From Reclinomonas americana ATCC 50394 (lineage: Eukaryota), in assembly GCA_048213135.1 (NCBI GenBank), contig PS015106.1, positions 27,192 through 91,191 on the forward strand: a stretch of DNA of 64,000 nt, read 5' to 3'. The translations under genes and the position numbers were made by a program. The notes beneath the pieces were generated by a model, which worked only from the letters and a program-made list of their open reading frames with translations, searched no databases and was not told where the DNA came from. Shown here in pieces: positions 40,001 to 52,200 of this stretch. How positions within the stretch are numbered: the stretch's first letter is position 1; every line of letters begins with the position of its first letter.

Positions 40001-42250
40001 TGCACAGAGCCCGATCTGGCCGACTCTGCATGACCCATAGAGTAACATGAGAGACTGACGCGCTCGCAAGATGCCCTCTTTTCCACACACGTACCCAGCG
40101 GATTGGGCGACAGGCGGTCCGTGAGTAGTGGCGATTGACGACCTTGCAGTCGCGGAGAAATGCCGCCGCGGAGGGTGACCGGATTCGGCGCCTCGACCGC
40201 TTCTGCGTCGAGGAGCGACGGCACACTGCGTTCCGTCATCAAGTCCGGCGTGACCGCACGAACACGGTTTCCGACAGATTGTGCGTGCCGCGCGGACAGC
40301 AATGTCGACGGTCGCCGTGCCGATGCCAGGAGACTAGCTTCGGTGAGAGTCGCTCCAGGCAGATTCGACTCCGCCACTCTCTCGACCGCCTGCGTCGGCG
40401 GGGGCGCCCATTGATCGGTAACGGGAATGCGGGTGAAGTCGTATGAGCTTCGCACGTCCACGTCAGCCACCGATGCCCGTCGAATGCCGGCAAGCGATCC
40501 ACGCCGTACGACTACAAAGTCGGGTCGTGGTGACGTCTGCGCGTCGTTGATGTCGTGTCCTTCCAGGCGCACGCGGAAGCCGATGCGGCTGTCTCGTCGA
40601 CTCATGTTTCGCTGGGAGAACTTGGCACTGATGGCAGCCACTGACGACCTTCGTCGTGGCGTGGATGCACTTCCCGGAGCTGCGCTGTCCAGTCGTCGTT
40701 TTGAGCTGTTGTATGGTGCTCATTTTTCAGTGACCATTTTCTGCAGTGACCGCGCACACAACAGAGATAGATAAACAAACCTCTGTTGTGACACAAAGCC
40801 GGATTCACCACGGGCACGAATGCGTGCAAACGTCTCACTGATCACGGCGACGAAGAGATTGACCGCGATGCTGCATTGGTGTCGCAGGCAGGTGAGACAA
40901 GGAAATGTAACGCGTTGTCGTGAAAGCCGCCCAGCGCACGCAACAAGCAAAGCAGCACCACAAGAATCATGTTGTACAAGAGGCTGTAGGAGAATGTGGC
41001 ATCCATCTGCGTGCAAGACAGTGTTAGAGCGCTCGTGTGACGCATGCCGGCGGCGTTTCAAGCGCACGGCACGTGCAGACCTCGGCATACATAAAGTCGG
41101 TCCATCCGATTAGTGTCAGCGTGTGCAACACCGCCATCATGGCGCTTCCCATGTTGTCAAAGTGCGCAAAGTATGGAGGATTTCCGTAATCCTGTGCATG
41201 TACACGGAGGTGAGTGAGGGCAAGTCGCGCGCATTCATATTTCGGAAGCTATCAACAAGACGTACCGCCATGCACTGCTGCTGACCGGGACATTGAAAGC
41301 CCTGTGTGCCTTGTGGTGGAACATACGGCGGCTGGGATGGATACGAGCGTGCTGTCGTTTTCCAGTGCACACCGACCACGAAAACTGCCGCTGAACATCA
41401 CCAGGCCAATGATTGCAAAGAGCGTCACCGTGACCAGCAGGAAGAGGGAGACGTTGATCAGCAGCGACAGAGACTCGCGCAGGCTCTCCAGGATGGCACG
41501 CATGCCCTTCAGCATCTTGATAGCGCGCAGCGGTCGAATGGCACGCAGCGCACGAATGGCCGACAGTGAGACACTCACTTCGGCGGTCATGGCAATCCAC
41601 GAAGTGACCAGAATGATAAAGTCCAAGCGGTGCCACGGATTCCGCAGATACGAGTGTTTGTGCAGCACTGCTCCGAGTGCCACTATTTTCAAGCCCACCT
41701 CCGCCGTGAAGAAGACCAGCATGTAAAAGTCAATCTGGTACAGCACGTGCTGAAAGCCCTTGGCCGATGACATGGTCAAACGCGGGTCCTCGGCCGCCAG
41801 CGTCACCACACTGAGAATCACCACGGTGTAGACGATAAAGTCGCACACTGGATGGAAGAGTGCAGCAGCGAGCCACTTGCGAAACACGTTGTCGGCCGAC
41901 ACCAGCCACAATGAGCGTGAATGGAGCTCATATTTCGGTTCTGGTGCCACGGGTGCTGCTGCTGCTGCTGCTGCTCCTCCCGTGTCGTCCGTCGATATGT
42001 TGGAACTGCTGGTGCGACGTGCGGGCGAAGCGCATCGTGAGGCGTTGCGCGTGGCGGTGGCCTGCGGGGTTCACACAGCATGCGTTGGCAATCAGTGTGG
42101 GGTGAGTTTTGGGACACGTGCACTCACCGGACTCTTCAGCTCATCCTCTGTGAAGAACTGCACCGACTTGCGCTGCACTATCGGCGCAAGCGACAGATGT
42201 TGCCTCGGCGTGGTGCCGAGGCCGCCACTGCTCTCACTTGTCAGTCCATC
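34071..42250 (-). CDS. Four-domain voltage-gated cation channel (Cav/Nav/NALCN-Cch1 superfamily) with C-terminal EF-hands
   Basis: Four S4 segments (AIRALRAIRPLRAIK; LLRSFRLLRLFK; ALRCLKVLRLFK; ISRILRILRLV), four S6 segments (NLFVAVI, NLFLAII, NIFIAIV, NLVVAII), pore loops, and EF loops DADGSGKIDQDE and DDDGDGCIDFDE. The start is uncertain and there is one frame break at ~41300. Confidence 0.92.
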
Positions 42251-42628
42251 ACGCACATGTGCAAAAAAGAGGTGTGTGTGTGTGTGTGACACACACGCAC
42301 GCGCGCAACTCTGTCTCTCTGTTCATGGGAGGGCGTGGGGGAGAACGGCGACACGCTTCCTCACTTGCGCGGCCGAATAAACCGTCTTCTCGCCTTTTCT
42401 CACAGGAAACTCAAAAATCAATTGAATGCGCGCGACCGTTAGGACTGTTTCGATCGGTTTGGTGTGACGTGGCCGAGGAGCTCCCGGTGCGCACGTACAC
42501 AACGCTGACCACAAGCACGCAGAAAGAAGGGGAGGGGGAGGAGGAGGGAGAAGAGGAGACTATCCAAGGTTGGGGTGCTTGGACATACCCGTATGAAATG
42601 CAATGTACCCGGCATGTCACGAGCAGTT

Positions 42629-45600
42629 TCATTGCTCGACATTGCGGCGCAAGAGCAGGGGGATAACGGCCAAAATCCGATAGACGACGGGCAGCAGGAT
42701 GCACAGCAGCATGTTCTGCAACTGACCGTCGGCCGTGAAGCCGAATGTCGCCAGCACTGCGCGACGCACCGAGTGAGCAAGTCGTGCTCAAAAAAAGCAG
42801 TATTTTTTCATGCTTGCCGAAAATGGCAGTTTTCATCTGCAGGTCACACACACCTTGTGCACCGTTCTGAATGGGACACTGGCCGTTGGGCAAGCGCTCG
42901 CTGTCGGTGCATGTGAATNNNNNNNNNNNNNNNNNNNNNNNNNNNNNNNNNNNNNNNNNNNNNNNNNNNNNNNNNNNNNNNNNNNNNNNNNNNNNNNNNN
43001 NNNNNNNNNNNNNNNNNNNNNNNNNNNNNNNNNNNNNNNNNNNNNNNNNNNNNNNNNNNNNNNNNNNNNNNNNNNACTGGGAGCACACTGCAGGTACGCG
43101 ACGCAACAGGCAGCAGCAGCACAAATCGTGCCCAGGAAATATGGACCGGCAAGAGCCTGTGCGTCGTGTTGATTTTTGTGAGGGTCTCCCACTCGCTTTC
43201 CCATTCACAGCAACGAGCCAAACCTCGTAAATGAGACCGATGCGATCGTGCACGCCGTTCTGATCGTTACCGAGGCGAAAGATGAAAGCCATCATGATCA
43301 CGGAGAAGGCGATGAGACCGGCCATGCGGTTTCCAGTGTTGGTGAAATCGCGCATCAGCCCGCGGAACATGCGACCGGTGAGCAAGAACACGGCGCGGAA
43401 AAAGTTGGCGCGATGCATCGACACTAACGACGCACAGTGGATGCACGATCAGCGCAGAGTGGAAAGGGCAAGGGCGTGCAAAAAATCGCAACATTGGGAC
43501 AGCTGCTTGGGATCAGCGCGTTCGTCGTGGCGGCGGCCGCCGGCCGCGGCCACCAACGGAGACAAGTCGTCGGATTCCGAGACATCGCTCAGCGTGTGAG
43601 TCAGAGCACTGCCAGTAGTGCTTGTGCGTCGTGGTCGCTTGACAACAGCCTGCTGCTGCTCCACATCGCTCTTGATGGCGCGTGTGGCGAACATGCGTCT
43701 CCTCATGTCGGAGTCGGCATAGTGCCGCGCGAGGTCCTCCAGTCTCTGCGTCGTCGCCGTTTCCAGTTCTGGTGTGCGACGATCGACCGTGGCCAGATCA
43801 ACTGTGACACGCGAGAGGTGAGTCTGCGACAGAGGCTGCGAAAAAAGAAAGCAACACAGGCTCACTTGCAAAGTCGGCTGGATTGGTGTAGATGCCGCAC
43901 TCGTAGCCGACTGCTCTTGGTGGGTGAGTACACTTCTTTGTCTCTCTTGTGCACGTCGGAGCAACACAATCATCAGCAATTGCGACGGAACTGCGTGAGA
44001 AATAGTCGACCAGGTCGGCGGCCGGACCAAAGTAGGCCACACGACCCTCACTCAGCACCATGACCACGTCAAACAGTTCTGCGCAATACACGATAAGTGG
44101 GATGAAGTTGGGAAGCCAGCGGCACGCTGCATGTACACACCATAAATGTCCGAGCGAGGCTGGTGAACTGCATTCGACGACGAGGAGAAGGAGGATGAGC
44201 GAGCGAGTAATTTTTGGCCTGCAGACAAAGAGGGAACACACCCGTACACACGACCGTGTGCCCATCGCGAGCCAGATCACCCAGCGACTCCATGACATGG
44301 TGGCTGGTGAAGGCGTCCAAGCCGGTGGTGGGCTATGCAATAACACCGGAGTTAACCAAGAACACAGGCGCGACGCAAGGCACACACACTGCAAACCTCG
44401 TCCAGCAGGAGCAAGCCTGTGCGCACAAGTCAAGATATCAGCGGAAGAAGCAACAGCGACGGCAAAAGAAAAAGGAAACGCAACTGGGATTTGTGATTAG
44501 CTGAATGCCGATTGTTGTGCGACGACGCTCGCCTCCGCTGATTCCCCGCTGCGAAGCAAAAGAGCATGAGAGCACTTGTTCAGCAGGTGACGAGACCACC
44601 GCACGTACGCAACATGCAGCTCATCGCCCACTCGCCGATCGGCACAGTGCAGCAGACCGAGCTCACTCAGCACCTGATTCNNNNNNNNNNNNNNNNNNNN
44701 NNNNNNNNNNNNNNNNNNNNNNNNNNNNNNNNNNNNNNNNNNNNNNNNNNNNNNNNNNNNNNNNNNNNNNNNNNNNNNNNNNNNNNNNNNNNNNNNNNNN
44801 NNNNNNNNNNNNNNNNNNNNNNNNNNNNNNNNNNNNNNNNNNNNNNNNNNNNNNNNNNNNNNNNNNNNNNNNNNNNNNNNNNNNNNNNNNNNNNNNNNNN
44901 NNNNNNNNNNNNNNNNNNNNNNNNNNNNNNNNNNNNNNNNNNNNNNNNNNNNNNNNNNNNNNNNNNNNNNNNNNNNNNNNNNNNNNNNNNNNNNNNNNNN
45001 NNNNNNNNNNNNNNNNACAGCCAACAACGTACTCGTTTCTCCTTCTCACGCCGGGTAAGCGTCTGCGGCAGTCGAAACTCGGCGGCATACGTCAGTGTCT
45101 CCCGCACCGTCAGGTAATGCAAGAGACTGTCGGATTGCACCACATAGCCGGCGACTCGATCCCACAGTGAGCGCGAGTACGGCACTCCATTGACGGTCAC
45201 CGAGCCACTCTCCAGTCGCAGCGCCTTGGCCAGGCGACCGGCCAACAGATTCAACAGACTCGTCTTGCCTGCATATGCATCAGTCATTTTTTCATGCATG
45301 ATCAGTCTTTCCCTCATGCGCATTTCTCACACCTGATCCACTGCCACCGACAATGGCCATGAGCTGACCAGGCATGACACGACCACTGACATTGTCGAGA
45401 ATCACGCGACCTTGACGCGAGGCACCACCAGTGCTCTTCTGAATGATTGGCGCACGCACAGTCACATTGCTGAACTCCAGTGTCAATGGCACTGTCTCGC
45501 GACTGCAGTGAGACAAGAGTGTGTCAGTGGCACAGGCGAGCGAGTGAGAGCAGAGACACACACACACACACAGACTTGAGAATGCGAGCGAGTGCCACAG

Positions 45601-45685
45601 AAGAGTCGTCGTTCACGGAATGCCCGTCGACGGAGCCCGAGGTCACACCACCACCGGCAGACAGCAGTCGAGTGCGCTCGTTCAT
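42629..45685 (-). CDS. ABCG (White-family) half transporter, NBD-TMD
   Basis: Walker A GGSGSGKTSLLN, LTVRETLTYAAEFRLP, signature RGISGGERRR, Walker B LLLLDE/PTTGLD, NPADF and a TMD. Contains two gaps. Confidence 0.93.
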
Positions 45686-45775
45686 TTGCACTCACTGATG
45701 CACACAAACACAACACAACACAGACGGAGGACGGAGACTGACAAACGAAACTCCGACGACTGTGACTAACAAACA

Positions 45776-48700
45776 ATGCGTCGGTGAGCACACTGTGTCT
45801 AATGCTCTCTCTCTTTCTCACTCACACTCACTCACACACAACGTGAGCGCAGTGGAGCAGACGACGACCGCGACGGGCTTCTCGTTGCGTCGCAGCCGAC
45901 CTCGATTGCCAGTCTGCAAGCTGTGCGCAGTCGCGAGTTTGGCTCCCAGCTGCGCCACAATCGCCTGCCTGTCACGGTCGAGTTCCGCCACTTGAGTGTG
46001 CATGTGCGCCCGCGTCGTGGCATGATGGAACGCCTCGTGCAGTGCTGCAAGACAACGAAGAGTGATGGTGATGCAGATGATGCGCGACTGCTGCGCGTGT
46101 TGAATGATGTGTCGGGCGTGGTGCGACCGGGCCAGTTGCGTGTCTCGTGTCTGCTGCTGCTGCTGTGAGACGAGTAGTGCATGGTGTGACTCTTGTGTAG
46201 GTGTCTGGCGATTCTGGGCACGAGTGGTGCGGGCAAGACGACGCTGCTGAATGCGCTGGCGAACCGCAGCGAGGGTGGCACGTACTTTCAGGGCTCGTGC
46301 TCGTTGAATGGAGAGGATCTGCTGCGAACGGCCGGCGACACCACAGGTTTTCCGAGTAGCAAGTTGGAGTGTTTGGTGTCGGCTGCTGACTAACGTACGT
46401 GGCGCAGACTTGGTGGCGGCCAAGCGGTCGCCCATTGCGCACGAGTTGAGTGGGTACGTGAAGCAGGATGACATCCTGCCGGAGCACGTCACGGTGCAGG
46501 AGTACTTGCAGTTCTGTGCGCGTCTGCGTCTGCCAGCTTCGTACTCGGCCGAGGAGCGGCAAGCGCGTGTCGAGGCTGTCATTGCGGAGCTGAACTTGAA
46601 GCATGTGGCGCACACGCGAATCGGTGGCACCTTTGTGCGCGGCATCTCTGGTGGCGAGCGACGACGAGTGAGTCCGTCTGCGTGCGCGCCTCGCACAGAG
46701 TCCCCGTCTGCTCAACTGGCGCGCGTTTGCAGGTCAGCATCGGAGTGCAGCTGATCAGCGATCCACCACTGTTGTTCCTGGACGAAGTGCGTGAAACTCG
46801 GCAGTCAACATGTTCCTCTGTCACTCACTCACCCACTCGTGTGTGTGGCAGCCGACGTCTGGGCTGGACGGCTTCACGGCACTCGCCGTGATGGACTTGT
46901 TGCTGGAGATTGCCCGCAACAATCGCACTGTGCGTGTGTTTCTCTTCGTAGCCTCCTCCTCGTCAGTTCGCTCACAATGGCGTGCTCCATACCAGGTGAT
47001 TTGCACCATTCACGCTCCGCGCAGTGACATTTTCCGAAACATGGATCTGGTGGCCTGCCTGTCGGACGGACGCATGGCGTACTTTGGGCCTGCTGCCTCG
47101 GTCTGTCGCTCGTCTTGTCCGAGCACTGTGTTGCGGTCGTGCGATCGCTCACGCGATTGTACATGCACAGATGGTCGACTTTTTCAACACGGAGCTGGGC
47201 ATGCCGTTCCCGCACTACGCCAACCCTGCCGACCACGTGTTGGACTTGATCGCCATCGACAATCGATTCCCGGAGATGGCGACAGAGACGCGCAGTCGCC
47301 TGAATCGAATTGTCGAGGCCTTTGAGCGCTCCGATGCGCACCGCTCGCTGTTCGACAAGGACGCTGCTGGCGGCAAGGCGAGTGGTGGTGGTGGTGGTGG
47401 TGGCGATGGTAGGGCCGACGCACATCAAGTCAACGGGTATGGCCGCGGTGGTCTGGTGGCCTATCTGGAACGCGAGGGACTGCGCCGTCGCGCTGGCTTT
47501 TTCGCGCAGCTGTCGGCGCTGCTGTACCGCAATTTCCTCATCATGATTCGCGACCCGAAAGTGGTGCTCTCTTCACTGCTGCAAGCCACCGGCATGGTAC
47601 GCGAATGTGTGCACTTGGTTTTTTTCGCGAGTGCTTGTGTGAGACTCACCGCACACGCAGGCTCTGTTGCTTGGAGGCGTATTCTTTCAGATGAGCAACG
47701 ATCAGCCAGGTGAGCGTGTGTGTGTGTCTCTCCTTGTCGGTGTGGTCTTGCCAGTGCTGATGGCACGTCACACAGCCGTGCAAGACATGCAAGGAGCGCT
47801 CTACATTTACAGTTGCGTGCCGCCCGCATGCCCAAATCGCGCTCACACTGCCTGCCACTGACAGCCTCTCTCTTTTCTCTCTCCGACAGTGAGCCTGTTC
47901 ACATGTTTCGTTCAATGGCGCTGATGGGTAATGTGTATGTGCGTTGCGTGGTGTGTACTCATGTCGCGCATGCAGACATTACAATGATTGCCGCCATCGT
48001 GCAATGTTGCGTGTCCCTATGACCGTCTCCTACCGATTGCATCCTTCGCTCACTCTGATCTGCAATTCCGCACAGACGAACCGCAGCGATTTGTGTACGC
48101 CCGCGAACAAGAAGGTGCGTGTGTGTGCCTCCCTGCGCCGTGTGCACTCCCTGCATTTCGCTCAGTCATCGCGTCAGACTCGATGTACGGTGCATTGCCG
48201 TTCCTCATGGCGAAACTTTTGGCCGAGTTCACTCCGGTCATTGTGTACCACATTCTGTTCTGGTGAGCACGCCTATTGTTGCAGTCGTGAATCCACATGG
48301 ACAACTCACGTGGCCATTGAATTTCTCGGCAAAATATTCACAGCACCATCAGCTACTGGATGGAGGGCCTCAATTCGACGCCGACTCGATTCTTCATCTT
48401 TGTGGGCATTGTGTTCTCGCTGACATACTCGTGCATGATGCTCGGATTGGCCATCACCACACTCGTTGGCAATTTTGCCACGGCCAGCACCACGGGGTGT
48501 GTGCATCAAAGTGTCCCCCCCCTTTTCGTTGCCTAGCGACTCACGAACTGCTCTTGCGTGCCGCAGGAATACCTTGTTCACATTGTTCCTGTTCAGTTCT
48601 GGATGGGTCTTCAATCTGGAGAGCATCAGTTTCGTGTCACAGCGACGTACTGTCGCCCCTCTTTTTTTTCTCACTCTCCCGTGTCTCCACATGCAGAGAT

Positions 48701-49252
48701 TTATCTGCGCTGGTTCCGACACGGTTCGGCTTGCGTGTTTCCGAAACGCTCCATCTCTCTTGCCGCTCACCTTCTCTCCTTCACTTGACAGTATCGCCGC
48801 TTCAGTACGGCTACTCTGGTCTGTCGTCGTGTTACTTTTGTGTGAAGTGATTGCCGAGTGTTGACACTCTTTGTGGCTTGCAGCCATGGCGTTGAACCAG
48901 TTCACCGACATGGTGTTCACATGTCCCGGCAATCAGGCCATTCAACCCGGCAACATTTGCCCCATTCCGAATGGCAACGCGGTCGGTGTTTGCATGTGCT
49001 GGCATGGGTTGATGGTGACGGACTGCCGTCTTATTTTGTTATGTGCACACAGTTGCTGCACATGCTCAACCTGGCCGACGCTGTGTTGTGGCATTCGATT
49101 GCGTTCCTCTGGGGATTTGCGCTCTTCAACATGACGATCGCCTACTTGAATCTGCGATTCGTCAAGCAGGTATGTCGTCGACACGCCTGGGTGCACGCCG
49201 CTCTGCTCTCTTACCCACTGTTGTTTTTGCGTACATGCAGACTCCAAAGTAA
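45776..49252 (+). CDS. ABCG (White-family) half transporter, NBD-TMD
   Basis: Walker A GTSGAGKTTLLN, YVKQDD, RGISGGERRRVSIG, LFLDEPTSGLD, CTIH, NPADH, TMD with FVYAREQ and C-terminal CPIPNG. Confidence 0.95.
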
Positions 49253-49287
49253 ATCCTCTACAACGTAAAGAAACACTTTCCTCCTCT

Positions 49288-52200
49288 TCATTCCTCGGCA
49301 TCGCCTTCCTCGGCATCCTCCTCCTCTCCGTCCTCCTCTTCCTCTTCCTCTTCCTCTTCGCCCTCTTCGGCAGTCCCGTCGATTTCGCTGTCGTCGCCAT
49401 GATCCTGAGCGCTGGAACGGCCGCTCTCTTCACCCTCCTCTGGGGTCTCCACAAGACGCACTCGTCGCTGTCGCGCGCTGCCCGGCGATTTCATAGCCGA
49501 CGGTGGAGATGGTTCTGTCGCCGGCTGCTGGATGAGCTGCACGGCTTGCTGCAGCAGATTCACCGTCTCCACCGCGTACGCCGTACGGTAGCCCTCAAAC
49601 AGACGCGTACCACCAGGTAGCGCGCTACTGAATGATTTGGATCGGCGTGGCGCCGCAGTGCGACGCGAGGCAGCTGGTGGTGACTGCGGCCATCGGATCG
49701 CTACTCCGCGCGGCGACTGGGCGGTGTCAGTGGAGATCTGTTGCGGACGCTGCGGCAACTGCGCAGTGGATCCTTGCGGTCGCAGCAGTGTTCCCGGCGC
49801 ACGCGCACCTCGATCATCACCTGCCGTCAGCAGCTCTGGCATCGGGAACTCAGGAACTGGTGCAATCGCTGCTTGGCGTGACACTGGACGCCGGTCGTTG
49901 TTGGGGCTGTATGTCGCAACACAAAGGTCATCATCCTTGTCTCAGCGACGCATTCCTTCGTGTGCATACACAGTACCTTGTGAGCCGCGGCGATGCAGGC
50001 GGCGATGTGAGGCTTCTGGTTGGCGAGAACCCTCGCGGCGCACTGGGTGGGCTCGACGAGCGAGGTGACAGGAGTGACGATGATGGTCGCCCACCCTCTG
50101 CCGAAGTCAACAGCCGACTCTCACGTGCTCCGCCCTCGCCGCCACGAGGCGACGGTGCGGCGCCCGCTTGCGCCTACAACCAACAAAACGCAGTCAACAC
50201 CCACGGTACACAAACCACTGAATAAATGGAACCAAATACTGACCGCCAGAGTCGAGAGATACGACGAGCGCGGGGGTGCTGCCTGGCGGCGGGGCGAAGA
50301 AGCCTGCTCGACACTCTCACCAGCTTCGTCCGCATCGGCGGCCGCGCGTTGACGAATCGAGTACAGAGAGCCAAGAGGCGAGTCCACCGACAGCGGCTGT
50401 CGAACAATCTTGTCACTCTGCCACTGGTGCTCATGCGTTCTGCAACCCGGTACGCGCGTCAGCAAAACTCGCACGCACATGCATGCTGCGTGGGCGGAGA
50501 CGCAACGATCGGTACACTGAACTGAGTTGATTACGCCCGTCACGGATCTACGACGACGAGTCAGAAAACGAGAACACATCAAGCGGACAATGTCGACACA
50601 AATCCCTGCTACCTTCAGCTCGCCAACGTAGCCAGTCGTTGGGAATTCTGGCGGTTGCAGTCGAGGGAAGGGAAGTGGCGGCGGCAGGCGCCGCGGTGGC
50701 GACACGCTCGATTCCGGACTCTGGCCAGATTTCTGTTGCGCGCGCAGGTTCTCTGCCAGCTGACGCATAATGTCGTCTGTGCTCTCAGCCGAATCCACTG
50801 CCGACGGAAGTCGACGACGACGCGGCGGAGATACATCAAACGGAAGTCGCAACTCGGCCTGCTCACGGTCCAAATCAGCCGTCGACTCTCGAGGCGGCGA
50901 AACACGTGCACGCTCGCGTTCAGCGGCCGCCGGTCGTGGAGCTCGCTTTCCGGCACGTCGCTGCACTGGAGGCGAGGGAGAGCCAAATGGGGAAGCCTCC
51001 AGAGCTGCATCAGCGGCCTTGGAACGCTTCCTCCTCCGTGTTGGCGATGAGTGCAACGGCTGTGAGAAAAAAGGAGCCGAGTCAGACTTGTGGGTGCCAC
51101 ATGGAGTAAGGAGCAATAACATGCCGAAGCACCTCAGCCTCGGGAGGCGGCGGAGTTGGCGGTAGCGGCGGTGGAATGCGCTCTGGATCTCGATCCACGG
51201 CAGCAAGCAGCTCTCCACCTATCGGAGACGGCGACGACGTCTGCCACGGAATCAGTTCCTGTGTGCATGTGCAGCACATGTGAGTGCCGACAATGACGCG
51301 CAGAGCAGAGATCGCAAGTGGCTGGCCGACGAACCTCCGGTTCGGTACGCTCAGTCGCTGTCGGAGCCACTTCGTTGGCTGCGCCTGCAGCTGCACTGCC
51401 GCGCTTGCCAGTCTTACCACCAACTTTCCGAGACGACGGCGACACCGATCTGGAAGATCCCTTTGTGGTCTGCGTGCATCAAATGAGCAACGGCCACACA
51501 ACGACTGATAGACATCCGTAATAGACCCCCCGCAATACCTTGTCAACGACGTCTTGCGCGGCGCCCACCTTGGCCTTCTTGCCTTTCTTGCCACTTCTCG
51601 GCGATGCCAGTGCCTCAGCCGCATCGTCACCCGACTCCTCCGCTGCCGCAGCCTTCTTCTTGTCCTCTCTGCCTTCGCCGCCCGTCTCCGCACCATCCTC
51701 CTTGTCAGTTGCACCAGCGTCCTCCTCCCCCTCCTGTACCGCAGCCTTGGTCTTATTCCCCTTCTTGCCACTCTTCGGCGATGCCTCACCAGCCGCCGCC
51801 TCGTCACCCGACTCCTCCGCAGCTGCACCCTTCTTCTTCGCCTTGCCACCCTTTTTGCCCTTGCCAGTAGGAGTCTTCGACTCCTCAGCCTCACCCTCCG
51901 TCTCGGCGCCATCCTCCTTGTCAGTTGTGCCAGCTTCCTCCTCCCCCTCCTGTGCCGCAGCCTTGGTCTTCTTCCCCTTCTTGCCACTCTTCGGCGACGC
52001 CTCACCAGCCGCCGATTCGTCACCCGACTCCTCCGCCGCCACGCCCTTCTTCTTCGCCTTGCCACCCTTCTTGCCCTTGCCAGTGGGAGTCTTTGACTCC
52101 TCAGCCTCACCCTCCGTCTCGGCGCCATCCTCCTTGTCAGTTGCGCCAGCCTCCTCCTCCACCTCCTTTGCCGCAGCCTTGGTCTTCTTCCCCTTCTTGC

